A stretch of DNA of 64,000 nt from Candidatus Aenigmatarchaeota archaeon (GCA_041489155.1 JBGPQP010000001.1:87824-151823); one strand, 5' to 3'. Positions 28,855 through 39,223 are shown, numbered from the stretch's first letter. Made by a program: numbers and translations. Notes: a model not told the origin generated them from the sequence alone.

Positions 28855-30686
28855 TGCTGAAATACTGGCGCTTGCTGCTGCTGTTGACAATGGTTTGCGC
28901 AAGCCTGCTGGCCATAGGCCTGAAGCCGCAGTATACGGGGGTCCAGGTAGCTTATGTATACGCTGACTCCCCTGCGAAAGGGCAGCTGGAGCAAGGCATG
29001 ATTATTTCCGAAGCGAACGGCAAGCCCATGCGCAGCGTCGAGGAGTGGAACAATTTTGCAAAGAACTTCACCGGAGATCTTAGACTCAAGGTGGGCAGGA
29101 ATGATTACAAGTTAAAGGTAAATGATACAGGCATAGGCATTGAAGTCAATGAAATCGACAGGACAAACCTCGACTTCGGCCTTGACATAAAGGGCGGCAC
29201 GAGGATAATCCTCAGACCGAAAGAAAATGCCTCCGCCCAGATGCTCGACCAGATAGTAGGCACGCTGCAGACGAGAGCGAATATTTATGGTCTCCGCGAG
29301 ATACGCCTCATTCCAGTCAGAGGTATATCGGGCGATTATTATGTACAGGTAGAAGCTGCGGGCGTCGGCAGGGAAGTTGTCGACACGCTGCTTTCAAAAC
29401 AAGGCAGCTTTGAGGCCAAAATAATCAAGCCAGTTTACATGGCAAATGGCAAAGGCACTTTCGACCTAAGGGACAACAAATACGATGTCGAATACGTTTC
29501 TGACGGAAAAATAAAAATTACCAATCTTACGCTCTCGTTGAATTCGACTTTCACGCTCGATGGGGTGGATTTTGAATTCGTTAATGTCACAGCCAGTGGC
29601 GACCCGATATTCCTTGGCACGGCCTATAAGGGTGATGACATAGAGCTTGTGTACACGGATGCGCAGCACTCTGGCATCATGCCAGGGAAAAACTTTTTTG
29701 AATTCTACTTCGGCGTCCTTGTGTCTGAGGCAGGGGCTGAAAGGTTCGCAAAAATTACTTCAGGAGTGCCGTCGCAGCTCGACCTAAATTCAGGCGACTA
29801 TTACCTGAAGGATTGCCGCATATTGCTTTATCTGGACAACCAGCTGGTTTCGGATCTGCGCATCGCTTCATCGCTTGGAGGACAGGCTTATACGACTCCC
29901 CAAATAACCGGTTCTAGGGAAAGCAGGGAAACAGCCCTTGAAGAAAAACTCAAGCTGCAGACAATTCTCAGGTCAGGCGCGCTTCCTGTCAGCCTTGAGA
30001 CAGTTTCTGTTGGCGTAATTTCCCCCACACTCGGCAGCGGTTTTTTAGAATCAGCCGCAATGGCAGGAGGTATCGCTGCGCTTGTTGTTATGGGCGTAAT
30101 ATTTGCCAGATACAGGAGATTCAGGGTTTCCGTGCCAATCGCTCTTATCGGCATTTCCGAAGTTATAATAATCCTTGGCGTAGCTTCAAACAACGACTGG
30201 ATAATATGGGGACCCGTGCTGCTGCTTAACCTGTTCATTGTCGGCATGGCATGGTGGAAGAAATATGAGATCGATCCTACTGCATGGGTCGGGGCAATGC
30301 TCATACCCCTTCTCGGCCTGCTCACGTGGACAGTTGACCTCCCGGTAATCGGCGGCATAATAGCCACGCTTGGCATAGGCGTTGACAACATGATAGTGAT
30401 AGCTGATGAAACCCTTTCCGGCAGGAAGGACGAGAAGAAAATCCTTTACACCGTAAGGGACAAGATAAAAAGGGCATTCTTCATAATATTCGGTTCCTCA
30501 TCTACCGCCATAGCTGCTATGGTACCGCTGATGCTCCTTGGGATAGGCTTCGTAAGAGGCTTTGCCATAACAACCATAATCGGCGTGCTGATAGGAGTTC
30601 TGGTGACAAGACCTGCATATGCAGAAATAGTCGAAGTCAGCGTTAACAGGGAATTTCAAAAGAAAGAAAAACAAGATAAAAAATAA
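28854..30686 (+). CDS. secD: Protein translocase subunit SecD (N-terminal PDZ-like insertion)
   Basis: GLDIKGGT, LRSGALPV, SPTLG, GIGVD, RGFAITTIIG, TRPAY. Confidence 0.92.
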   Translation: MLKYWRLLLLLTMVCASLLAIGLKPQYTGVQVAYVYADSPAKGQLEQGMIISEANGKPMRSVEEWNNFAKNFTGDLRLKVGRNDYKLKVNDTGIGIEVNEIDRTNLDFGLDIKGGTRIILRPKENASAQMLDQIVGTLQTRANIYGLREIRLIPVRGISGDYYVQVEAAGVGREVVDTLLSKQGSFEAKIIKPVYMANGKGTFDLRDNKYDVEYVSDGKIKITNLTLSLNSTFTLDGVDFEFVNVTASGDPIFLGTAYKGDDIELVYTDAQHSGIMPGKNFFEFYFGVLVSEAGAERFAKITSGVPSQLDLNSGDYYLKDCRILLYLDNQLVSDLRIASSLGGQAYTTPQITGSRESRETALEEKLKLQTILRSGALPVSLETVSVGVISPTLGSGFLESAAMAGGIAALVVMGVIFARYRRFRVSVPIALIGISEVIIILGVASNNDWIIWGPVLLLNLFIVGMAWWKKYEIDPTAWVGAMLIPLLGLLTWTVDLPVIGGIIATLGIGVDNMIVIADETLSGRKDEKKILYTVRDKIKRAFFIIFGSSSTAIAAMVPLMLLGIGFVRGFAITTIIGVLIGVLVTRPAYAEIVEVSVNREFQKKEKQDKK

Positions 30687-30698
30687 AAACTTATTTCT

Positions 30699-31238
30699 CT
30701 AGCCTCTTGTTATCCTTGAGATGTTTCCTTCGAGCTCTATTACCCCTTCCTTTATTACCCCGTTTCCAAGGAAGTCGTTTATAGTCAGAGAGCCGTTTTC
30801 TGTCGTTTCATTCCAGTTCCCTGAGACGAGAACGAGTTTCATGTTCCTGAGATCCAGCGAATTGATCTTGATCCCATATATGTTGACCGTCCCAATGCCT
30901 TCCTTTATTAAGAGCGAGCTGCCTGCTTCTTTGAATGAAACAACCTTTCCTTTCATATCTATGCTGATGGCGCCTTTGAAGTTTGCGACTTCGCTGGTGC
31001 TTGTTGTTATGTTTACGAATTCGCCAGCGTTGAGCTCGAAGCTCTCCGGGTAGAAACTCAGTTTTATCATTTCCACCCTTTTAACAGGTACGGTGAATAT
31101 GTTTCCGAGCGGCGAGGATTCGAACCATTTCTTTATCATGCCGAAGAAATCAGAAAGCAAGCCCTCGGCCCTTGCACCAGGAAGAAAACTCAACGAAACC
31201 AGCAAACCGGCCAAAACGATTACCATCACTTTTCTCAT
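30699..31238 (-). CDS. Secreted hypothetical protein
   Basis: Signal peptide MRKVMVIVLAGLLVSLSFLPGARA; beta-rich body; fills the gap between genes. Confidence 0.7.
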   Translation of the reverse strand: MRKVMVIVLAGLLVSLSFLPGARAEGLLSDFFGMIKKWFESSPLGNIFTVPVKRVEMIKLSFYPESFELNAGEFVNITTSTSEVANFKGAISIDMKGKVVSFKEAGSSLLIKEGIGTVNIYGIKINSLDLRNMKLVLVSGNWNETTENGSLTINDFLGNGVIKEGVIELEGNISRITRG

Positions 31239-31338
31239 AAAACCACTTATTTAACTATTCGGCAGGAATATTTAAATTGTAAACCAGACGGCACGCATAG
31301 CAGAAACTTATAAATATTAACTAACCATATGATAGGGT

Positions 31339-32526
31339 ATGGATATTCTCTCGCAGCTTATAGGCGCAGGGGACAACTGGACGTCATGGTTATTCTTCCT
31401 TGTATTCTGGGGCATATTCTTTTTCTTCTACCCGCGCCTCATGCTAACCCAGATAATGTGGAAAATCGAGAGGACGGCGGAAGAGTTTGAGGCGATGGCA
31501 GACGAGACGAAAAAATTCATGGTTTTACAGGTATCCAAGAATCCTGACAAAAAACTAAGGGATTCGGTCGCGAACTTTTTCGAATTTTTCGCTATCACAC
31601 CGGTTTCCCTCGATCCTTACGGTATTGTAAAGAAATTCGAACTGGTTATACAGAACGAGAAAGAGAGATTCCATTATTTCGTGAATCAGGTCGCACCGGA
31701 TGCTGATCCCGAGAGGAAGGCCAACATAGAAATGGGTTTTGCAGGCGGCATAGAAATGTACACAATAGCCAAGATAGTCAGGCATTACGTCGAGCTCATA
31801 AAAGAAACCAAATCGTATCAGATCGCCCTCATAATCCAGATGCAGCTGCCGCTTATCGAGAAAATCGCCAAGGCCGTGTATGAGGGGACGAAGTCGCTTG
31901 CGAGAGGCGAACCAGTCGGCGATGGCCTCGGCCCGCTTGTGATAGCGACACTGATGGGAGACAAAAAATCCGAGGAGATTGAGGAAGACATAATCATGAC
32001 CGAAGTCGCGATAGACGGAAGGAAGTGCTTCGTCATGAAGGCGAGAGGCCCTGGCGGACGGCTCGGAAGGCCGGGCAAGGCAGTTGAGAAAATCATGAAG
32101 AAGCACAAAATCGCGAGGATTATAACCATCGATGCCGCAGCGAAACTGGAAGGAGAAAAGACAGGTTCCATCGCTGAAGGCGTTGGCGTGGCGATGGGCG
32201 GGCCTGGCGTTGAACGTTCATATATAGAAGACATTGCAGTCAGGACCAGCACACCCCTCGATTCCGTCATAGTAAAGATGAAGTCAGAAGAAGCAATATT
32301 GCCCATGAAGAAGGAAATCAAGGACGCAGTGCCGCTTGCGATAGACAGGGTGAAAGAAGCATTAAAAAGGACAAAGAAAGGCGAGAGCGTCATAATCGTC
32401 GGAGTGGGCAACACGTCCGGCGTAGGTAACAATGCAAAGGCGGCGAAGGAAGCCGCCAAATGGATTGATGATTACGACAGGAAAACCAAGAGGGAAAAGA
32501 AAGGCAAAAAACGTCTTCCATTCTGA
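31339..32526 (+). CDS. Conserved archaeal DUF1512 family protein
   Basis: PVSLDPYG, GEPVGDGLGP, ARGPGG, IDAAAKLEGE, GVGVAMGG, GVGNT. Confidence 0.85.
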   Translation: MDILSQLIGAGDNWTSWLFFLVFWGIFFFFYPRLMLTQIMWKIERTAEEFEAMADETKKFMVLQVSKNPDKKLRDSVANFFEFFAITPVSLDPYGIVKKFELVIQNEKERFHYFVNQVAPDADPERKANIEMGFAGGIEMYTIAKIVRHYVELIKETKSYQIALIIQMQLPLIEKIAKAVYEGTKSLARGEPVGDGLGPLVIATLMGDKKSEEIEEDIIMTEVAIDGRKCFVMKARGPGGRLGRPGKAVEKIMKKHKIARIITIDAAAKLEGEKTGSIAEGVGVAMGGPGVERSYIEDIAVRTSTPLDSVIVKMKSEEAILPMKKEIKDAVPLAIDRVKEALKRTKKGESVIIVGVGNTSGVGNNAKAAKEAAKWIDDYDRKTKREKKGKKRLPF

Positions 32527-32528
32527 TT

Positions 32529-33443
32529 TTACAGTTCATTTACTTCTTCCGGTTTGAGAATAACCTTTCCGAACTGTTCTGCGTCGTCCCTCAGCCTCGG
32601 ACAGGCTGTGTTTACCAGCGCATCTATTTTCAGGCCCATCAGTTTTTCAGGTGTGAAGCAGTCGCCAAGCAGAACATATGCCTTTTTGCCTGCCTTTTCA
32701 AGTTTCCTCTTTATTTCCGCGGCCTGCTTTATCTTCATCTGGCCGGGCTTTGTTGAGAGCAGTATGCCGAAAGTCTTCATCCCTTTCGCTTTTTCAATTC
32801 TCATCCTGCTTTTTATTTCCATCCTGTCCTTTTCATCGTAAAGGTCCTCAAGCATTCGGTTTTCGATGTCAAGGAAAAGGACAGGTTTGCTGACACTTTC
32901 CTGCAGGCCAAGCGGATGGAATCTACCGGAACCAATGAAAAGATAGCAGTCAACCATTTTCTCGTAGCCTTTCGCGTCCGAGACATCGCAGCCCAGCACG
33001 CGGTCGGCGATTTTAACAGCGAAGCCATTTTTCTCTAGGAACTTTTTAGCGTATACCAGCGACTTTTTGAACTGTATAGTGCTCACGAGGCAGATTTTCC
33101 TGTATTTTATTTGTTTTATCACCAGCCTGAGCAGGGGAATGAAATCGTAATCCATGAAGTATTGGTAATAGATGACAGGCACTTTTGTTTCAAGCCCGAA
33201 ATCCGCATGGCCTATGTGCAGAAGCATGTCGCATCCAACCGCCTTCGCTTCGCTGTCGCGCAAATCGCACGCGCCGAAGCAAGGCTCTATCGAAAGCACG
33301 ACCTCGATCCTGTTTTTTTCAAGAAAATCGGCCAGACCCTGTACGCCAGATTTCAGGCCTTCTGGCACCTGGATCAGGATTTTTTTAGCTCTCCCCCCTC
33401 TTAGAAGGGAAAGAATTTCCCTGCATCTTTTGTCATCGAACAT
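32529..33443 (-). CDS. dph2: Diphthamide biosynthesis protein (ACP transferase)
   Basis: QVPEGL, CFGACD, HIGH, VLGCD, GRFH, STKPGQ, TACPR. Confidence 0.92.
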   Translation of the reverse strand: MFDDKRCREILSLLRGGRAKKILIQVPEGLKSGVQGLADFLEKNRIEVVLSIEPCFGACDLRDSEAKAVGCDMLLHIGHADFGLETKVPVIYYQYFMDYDFIPLLRLVIKQIKYRKICLVSTIQFKKSLVYAKKFLEKNGFAVKIADRVLGCDVSDAKGYEKMVDCYLFIGSGRFHPLGLQESVSKPVLFLDIENRMLEDLYDEKDRMEIKSRMRIEKAKGMKTFGILLSTKPGQMKIKQAAEIKRKLEKAGKKAYVLLGDCFTPEKLMGLKIDALVNTACPRLRDDAEQFGKVILKPEEVNEL

Positions 33444-33544
33444 AAGTTTAATTTCAGCCCTGTATTTAAAACATTAAACGATCGACGTAATCCATGGCGA
33501 ATCTTTTAAAACAGGCATGCTTTATCTTAGAGTATGGTGATGCA

Positions 33545-34828
33545 ATGGACGATGAGTTTCATGAATTTTACAAGAAATCTGTAGATGAGAGACTTGGCAT
33601 AATCAAGAAATTCGCAGGCCTTACCGACGAGGAAATCGGAATGCTCAAGAAAACCGGGACCTTGGGAATCGAAATCGCGGATCGCATGATAGAGAATGTC
33701 GTAGGCGTTTGTGGCCTACCTCTCGGCCTCGGGCTCAATTTCGTTGTGAACGGCAAGAAATACGTTGTGCCGATGTGCCTCGAAGAACCGTCGGTCGTGG
33801 CGGCAGCGTCTTACGCGGCAAAACTTGCGAAAGCGAATGGCGGTTTTGAGGCATCGAGCGACGAGCCTGTCATGATAGGCCAGATACAAATCATGGGCTT
33901 CAAAAACTTTGAAAAAGCAAAAAAAGCGATAGTGAACAAAAAAAAGGAAATAATAAACAAGGCAAACGAGCGCGACTCTGTTCTGGTGAGCTTCGGAGGA
34001 GGAGCGAAAAACCTGGAAGTTCGCAGGATAAAATCCAAACTGGGCGACATGCTGGTTGTTCACCTTTTCGTTGATGTGAGGGATGCAATGGGCGCGAACG
34101 CAGTCAATACCATGTGCGAAATGATATCTCCGATGCTAGAGGAATTGACTGGCGGTTACGTGAGGCTTAGGATAATCTCGAACCTTGCTGACAGGCGGCT
34201 AGCCAGGGCGAAGGCTGTCTGGAAGAAGGAGGAGCTGGAAAAAGCGTCAAAAGGAGCAATGAAAGGCAGCGAAATCGTGGACGCGATACTTGAGGCCTAT
34301 CACCTGGCGTTGAACGACCCCTACAGATGCGCTACGCATAACAAGGGCATAATGAACGGGGTAGATGCGGTCGTGATAGCAACAGGCAATGATTTCAGGG
34401 CAGTGGAAGCCGGTGCGCACGCTTACGCCTGCGTTTCGGGCAAATACAAACCTCTGACCAAATATTACAAAAACAAGGACGGCGACCTCGTAGGGGAGAT
34501 AGAGTTACCGGTGGCGATAGGCACAGTCGGCGGCGCGACAAAAACAAAACCGGAAGCCAGGATCGCGCTGAAAATTCTCGGCGTGAAAACCGCCAAGGAA
34601 CTGTCTCAGGTGATCGCATCCGTGGGGCTTGCGCAAAACTTCGCTGCCCTGCGTGCGCTGGCCACAGAAGGCATACAGAGAGGACACATGCGTCTTCACG
34701 CGAAAAACATCGCTGTCACCGCAGGAGCGAAGGGAGACCAGATAGAAAAGGTGGCTGCAAAAATGGTCGATGAAAAGAACATAAACGTCTCAAGGGCGAA
34801 GGAAATACTGGAAAAAATAAATGGATGA
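33545..34828 (+). CDS. mvaA: HMG-CoA reductase, class II
   Basis: MIENV, EEPSVVAA, DAMGANAVN, THNKGIMNG, GNDFRA, QNFAALRAL, GIQRGHMRLH. Confidence 0.93.
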   Translation: MDDEFHEFYKKSVDERLGIIKKFAGLTDEEIGMLKKTGTLGIEIADRMIENVVGVCGLPLGLGLNFVVNGKKYVVPMCLEEPSVVAAASYAAKLAKANGGFEASSDEPVMIGQIQIMGFKNFEKAKKAIVNKKKEIINKANERDSVLVSFGGGAKNLEVRRIKSKLGDMLVVHLFVDVRDAMGANAVNTMCEMISPMLEELTGGYVRLRIISNLADRRLARAKAVWKKEELEKASKGAMKGSEIVDAILEAYHLALNDPYRCATHNKGIMNGVDAVVIATGNDFRAVEAGAHAYACVSGKYKPLTKYYKNKDGDLVGEIELPVAIGTVGGATKTKPEARIALKILGVKTAKELSQVIASVGLAQNFAALRALATEGIQRGHMRLHAKNIAVTAGAKGDQIEKVAAKMVDEKNINVSRAKEILEKING

Positions 34829-34830
34829 TT

Positions 34831-35217
34831 TTAGAAATCGCTAGGCCCTCCCAGTTCATCTCTTGAATCATTGTAATACGGAGTTTCGCTCACTTTACGC
34901 AATGAACCGTCTACCGTGAGAGAATAGTGCTTTATTACATCCTTGCCTATCTGCCCTACTCTTAATAAAATTTGTTCTTTGCCAGATTTTTGTGTGCCTA
35001 TCAGATATTCATGCTTGGATAATATAAGCTTTCCGATATTTAATGGCTCTACCAATTCACCGTTTTCCGAGTCGCCCAAAACAAGAAAATTCAGCCCATT
35101 CCCGTTTTTCCTTGACCAGACTTCACACAACACACCAAATTTGTCTCTTAATGCCCCCAAATAACTTAACTCTGGTTTTGGAGAAGGCTCTTGAGAAGAT
35201 CCCATCTGATAACCCAT
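34831..35217 (-). CDS. Hypothetical protein
   Basis: 128-aa ORF filling the gap, SD-like GGAGTGGTG upstream, no recognisable motif. Confidence 0.5.
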   Translation of the reverse strand: MGYQMGSSQEPSPKPELSYLGALRDKFGVLCEVWSRKNGNGLNFLVLGDSENGELVEPLNIGKLILSKHEYLIGTQKSGKEQILLRVGQIGKDVIKHYSLTVDGSLRKVSETPYYNDSRDELGGPSDF

Positions 35218-35296
35218 TCACACCACTCCTTGGACAGGTTTCGGTCGTGATTTTGCAGATTCTTATAAATACATTTAAATCATATAAGAACATAAC

Positions 35297-35310
35297 GTTA
35301 TTATAATAAC
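35297..35310. promoter_or_regulatory. Perfect 14-bp palindrome (candidate operator/promoter element)
   Basis: GTTATTATAATAAC, about 20 bp upstream of the ACT-domain gene. Confidence 0.4.
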
Positions 35311-35330
35311 AAAAAATCGGTTGATTTGTT

Positions 35331-35981
35331 ATGGTAACCGTAAGCCATATAGTCAGGAAGATAGTGGATGAGAGGCCCTTTCTGCAAGAAGCGATAGTAG
35401 AAGGCATAGTGTCCTATGGGTCTTTGGCTGAAAAAATTAAAGTAGAGGTGGAAGAAGAATTGGGGAAAAAGGTAAAACTTTTCTCCATAGTCATGGCACT
35501 AAGAAGATATACAGAGAAAATGAAAACAAAATACAAACCAACAGCATTTGATTTCCGTTCGGAGATTATAATGAAGACAAATCTATGCGACATATGCTTC
35601 GTGAAATCCACCAGACTTATGGCGGAACTGAAAAATCTTTATGGAATGGTTAACTTCGAAAAAGGAGACACGCTTAATGTCAGCCATGGCAACTATGAGA
35701 TATCGATAGTGACAAATGAAAAATATAGGGAAAGGCTTTTGAAATACCTAAGAAGTGAAAAAATACTAGACATCAGAAACAATTTGGTCTCCATCTCGCT
35801 CAGGTACCCAATAGAGTTTTTCGACACACCGGGTGTTATATTCTCTGTGGTAAGAAGCGTGGCGAGGGAAAGCATAAACATATACGAGGCGATATCCACG
35901 CACACGGAACTCACCCTTGTTATAGATAAAAAGGATTCTATAAGGGCATACAAAATACTGCAGAACATGACGGAATCATGA
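35331..35981 (+). CDS. Archaeal ACT-domain-containing putative regulator
   Basis: N-terminal GIVSYGSLA...MALRRY helical domain; C-terminal ACT (TPGV...INIYEAISTHTEL). Confidence 0.75.
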   Translation: MVTVSHIVRKIVDERPFLQEAIVEGIVSYGSLAEKIKVEVEEELGKKVKLFSIVMALRRYTEKMKTKYKPTAFDFRSEIIMKTNLCDICFVKSTRLMAELKNLYGMVNFEKGDTLNVSHGNYEISIVTNEKYRERLLKYLRSEKILDIRNNLVSISLRYPIEFFDTPGVIFSVVRSVARESINIYEAISTHTELTLVIDKKDSIRAYKILQNMTES

Positions 35982-37322
35982 TAACTTCTCGATTTCCTTC
36001 CGTACCTCGTCAAGCAGGAAAGAGCCTACAGCATTGAATTCCTTCTCATTTTCGGCTTCCCATCTGAGCACAAGCGCTGGTTGCGTATTTGAAGCACGTA
36101 CGATAAACCATGACTTTTCCATAACGATTTTCACCCCGTCTAGCGTTATCATCCTGCCCCTTCCCCTGAATCTCTTCTTGAGCCTTTCGACCACCTCGAA
36201 TTTCTTCTCGTCCGGACACTGGATTCGCGTGTCGTCAGAAGTTACGTATTTCGGGAGTTCGTCACCAAACTCTGACATTCCTTTTTCGGATCTGGAAAGA
36301 AGTTCGGCGATTTTTACAGAGGCGAATATGCCGTCGTCGTAATTGTGGCTTTCCCTGAAATAATAATGCCCAGATGTTTCGCCACCAAGGATGCAATTTT
36401 CCTGTACCATCCTTTCCTGTATGTACGAGTGCCCGACCTTCGAGAGCACAGGGACACCGCCTTTCCGGCGGATCACATCTTCCACAAGTTTTGATGCCAG
36501 TACCTCGTGTACTATTTTTGCCCCCGAATTCTTGCCCAGCACGTTCTCTATGAGCAAGGCAAAGGCGATGTTATTCGGCACGACCTGGCCTTCTTCATCA
36601 ACGAAACCAACGCGGTCGCCGTCACCGTCATACGCTATTCCCAGGTCGGCCTTTGCTTCCTTCACTTTTCTCTGCAAATCCTCGAGGTTCGTTCTTACGA
36701 GCGGATCAGGATGATGGTTAGGAAAGTCCCCGTCAGGCTGGCAATGAAGTTCAACGACTTCGCAGCCGAGCCTTCTGAAGATCTGGCATGCAACTTTCCC
36801 GGCGATCCCGTTACCTGCGTCTATGACGATGCGCAGCGACCTTGCAAGTTCCGTTTTACCGGTGACGAAATCAATGTAATCGTCTTCTGCATTTGTCACG
36901 GTTATTGCGCCCCTGAGACCCCTTGATTTGATGCCGTTTAGCACCATTTTCTCCACTTCCATTATGCCGGTTTCATAGGAGAGGCAAACGCCGTTTTTCC
37001 TGCACATCTTTATGCCGTTGTACTCCTTGGAATTATGGGACCCTGTTATCATCGTGCCGCCGTCGAGCCTTTTCTGGGCAACGGTAAAATAGAGGACCGG
37101 CGTTGGAACCATGCCTATATCTATAACGTTCAATCCTGCCTCGGTAAGACCTTTCAGAAGATTGCTCCTCAGGTCGGGACTGCTTTTCCTGGCGTCAGCA
37201 CCCAGTGCGATGGTCCCTTTCCCGATGAACTTGCCGAAGGCCAGGCCTATTTTATAGGCCATTTCCCCGTTAAGCTGGACCGGGTAAACGCCCCTAACAT
37301 CGTAGGCTCTGAATATAGACAT
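35976..37322 (-). CDS. Phosphomannomutase/phosphoglucomutase
   Basis: FRAYDVRG, TGSHN, DGDGDR, GETSGH, RASNT. Confidence 0.94.
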   Translation of the reverse strand: MSIFRAYDVRGVYPVQLNGEMAYKIGLAFGKFIGKGTIALGADARKSSPDLRSNLLKGLTEAGLNVIDIGMVPTPVLYFTVAQKRLDGGTMITGSHNSKEYNGIKMCRKNGVCLSYETGIMEVEKMVLNGIKSRGLRGAITVTNAEDDYIDFVTGKTELARSLRIVIDAGNGIAGKVACQIFRRLGCEVVELHCQPDGDFPNHHPDPLVRTNLEDLQRKVKEAKADLGIAYDGDGDRVGFVDEEGQVVPNNIAFALLIENVLGKNSGAKIVHEVLASKLVEDVIRRKGGVPVLSKVGHSYIQERMVQENCILGGETSGHYYFRESHNYDDGIFASVKIAELLSRSEKGMSEFGDELPKYVTSDDTRIQCPDEKKFEVVERLKKRFRGRGRMITLDGVKIVMEKSWFIVRASNTQPALVLRWEAENEKEFNAVGSFLLDEVRKEIEKLS

Positions 37323-37420
37323 AGCCCCACCAAAGGATAATATTATTCTGGGCATGTGTTTAAAAAGCGTGCCCCGACGCAATCCAAATCATTTAAATAC
37401 CTTACCCTAATATTTACTTT

Positions 37421-37693
37421 ATGAAATTGGTGGTATTGGAAAACGACCCGAAGAAGATGGTTCTAGAAGTTCAGGGAGAGACGCACACGTTCCTCAACCT
37501 CCTCAGGGAGAACGCATGGGAGGCAGGCAGCAAGCAGGCATCTTACATGATCGAGCATCCGTATCTCTCGGAACCAAAAATGATAATCAGGGCGGACAAC
37601 CCCAAAAAAGTCCTTGATGCCGCTGCACAGATGATAATCGACCAGGCAAAGGAATTCGAAAAGGAATTCAGAAGGGTTTCGGCCAAAAAATAA
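37421..37693 (+). CDS. rpoL: RNA polymerase subunit L (Rpo11)
   Basis: GETHTFLNLL, ASYMIEHP. Confidence 0.9.
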   Translation: MKLVVLENDPKKMVLEVQGETHTFLNLLRENAWEAGSKQASYMIEHPYLSEPKMIIRADNPKKVLDAAAQMIIDQAKEFEKEFRRVSAKK

Positions 37694-37710
37694 AAGCAGG
37701 CATTTTTTGT

Positions 37711-38352
37711 ATGCTCAGGGTCATAAAGCCGGAGATTAGAATCATAGGATGGGACGACGCCCCCTTTACTTTTAACGATAAAGACACGCTGTTAGTCGGA
37801 GTGATATGCAGGGGCGGCATGCAGATAGACGGGATGCTGTCTACAAGAATAGCAGTAGACGGGAAGGACGCAACAGACAAGATAGCCGCCTCGATAAACG
37901 CCAGCAGCCACAGGGAGCAGCTCAGGGTGATAATGCTCGACGGCATAACTTTCGGCGGCTTCAACATAGTTGACATCGGCAAGCTGTATGAAAAAACTAG
38001 GCTGCCGGTAATCGCCGTCATCGACAGGAAACCGGACATGGAAGCCATAAAGAAAAGCCTCTCGAAGTTTGCTGACAATAGAGAAAGATGGAAAACGATT
38101 GCAAACGCGGGTAATATAAAACGACTTGAAGTGAAAAACAAGGTCCTTGACGGCAGGAGGACCCTGTATTATCAGAAGGCAGGAATAGACGATTACGACT
38201 GTGAAAGGATTATAAATCTTACCTCTGTTAATTCAGTAATACCTGAACCAGTAAGGGTGGCACATTTAATATGCGCTGGATTAAGAAGCGAAAGCCGCTT
38301 TCCGGGAAAATGGCAGACAGGTCGCATGGACTGCGAAAAGCGACCGGCTTGA
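37711..38352 (+). CDS. DUF99 family (endonuclease V-like) protein
   Basis: IIGWDD, VDGKDAT, LDGITFGGFNIVD, PEPVRVAH. Confidence 0.88.
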   Translation: MLRVIKPEIRIIGWDDAPFTFNDKDTLLVGVICRGGMQIDGMLSTRIAVDGKDATDKIAASINASSHREQLRVIMLDGITFGGFNIVDIGKLYEKTRLPVIAVIDRKPDMEAIKKSLSKFADNRERWKTIANAGNIKRLEVKNKVLDGRRTLYYQKAGIDDYDCERIINLTSVNSVIPEPVRVAHLICAGLRSESRFPGKWQTGRMDCEKRPA

Positions 38353-38885
38353 AGAAGAGCAGGTTAGACCTGGAAGGATCGACCGGAACAGTGATTTACA
38401 TTTTACTCGGCGTATTCCTCGCTTTCGGGGTAAACATAGTGCTCGGCCAGGCGCTTTCGACGGACATGCCGGTCGTTGCAGTCGAATCGAACAGCATGGT
38501 GCCGACTTTTTACCAGGGTGACATCCTGATAATTCAGGGGACGGCGAACCCGGATAACTACAAAAACATGCTTGCAATCGGCGACATAATAGTTTTTTCG
38601 GTCGAGGGGCGCGACGTCCCGATAGTCCACAGAATAAAGGCAATAAATTCCGACGGCTCCTTCCAGACGCAGGGCGATGCCAATACCGCGCAGCACCCCT
38701 TCGAGAAGCGCATCGAACCCGGGCAGATTCACGGCAAGGTACTTATGACCGTCCCGTATCTCGGCTGGGTCAAGATAGGAATAACAGAATACCTGTTGCC
38801 GTTCCTGCTCAAGAACGTCATACTTGTCGTTGTCATGGGCGTAACAGTTATGTTTTTATACTTAATCGTGAAAGAATATAGGTAA
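38310..38885 (+). CDS. Signal peptidase I (Sec11/SPC18 type)
   Basis: SNSMVP, GDI, IVHR, TQGDAN, PYLG. Start uncertain. Confidence 0.88.
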   Translation: MADRSHGLRKATGLKKSRLDLEGSTGTVIYILLGVFLAFGVNIVLGQALSTDMPVVAVESNSMVPTFYQGDILIIQGTANPDNYKNMLAIGDIIVFSVEGRDVPIVHRIKAINSDGSFQTQGDANTAQHPFEKRIEPGQIHGKVLMTVPYLGWVKIGITEYLLPFLLKNVILVVVMGVTVMFLYLIVKEYR

Positions 38886-38902
38886 CTTCATGGTGAAATG
38901 AA

Positions 38903-39223
38903 ATGCACTTCTGCCCCAAATGCGGCCTGGTCTGCGTTTCCAAAAGGGAAAAGAGCAAAACCTTCCTTGTATGCAGGAAATGCGGCTACAAAATAAAAGA
39001 TTACAAGCCCATCGAGATAAAGGAAGAGGTAAAGAAGGACCCGCTAGACGAAGTGGTGATAATAGAGGAGAAAAGGGAAGCGCTTCCGAAAATCCGCCTC
39101 GTCTGCCCCAAATGCAGCAACAAGGAAGCGGTCTGGTGGATGCAGCAGACGCGCTCGACCGACGAGCCGCCCACGCTTTTCTTCAGATGCACAAAATGCA
39201 GGCATTCCTGGAGAGAATATTAA
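38903..39223 (+). CDS. tfs: Transcription factor S
   Basis: FCPKCG...CRKCG, CPKC...QTRSTDEP...CTKC..WRE (acidic DE dyad intact). Confidence 0.93.
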   Translation: MHFCPKCGLVCVSKREKSKTFLVCRKCGYKIKDYKPIEIKEEVKKDPLDEVVIIEEKREALPKIRLVCPKCSNKEAVWWMQQTRSTDEPPTLFFRCTKCRHSWREY

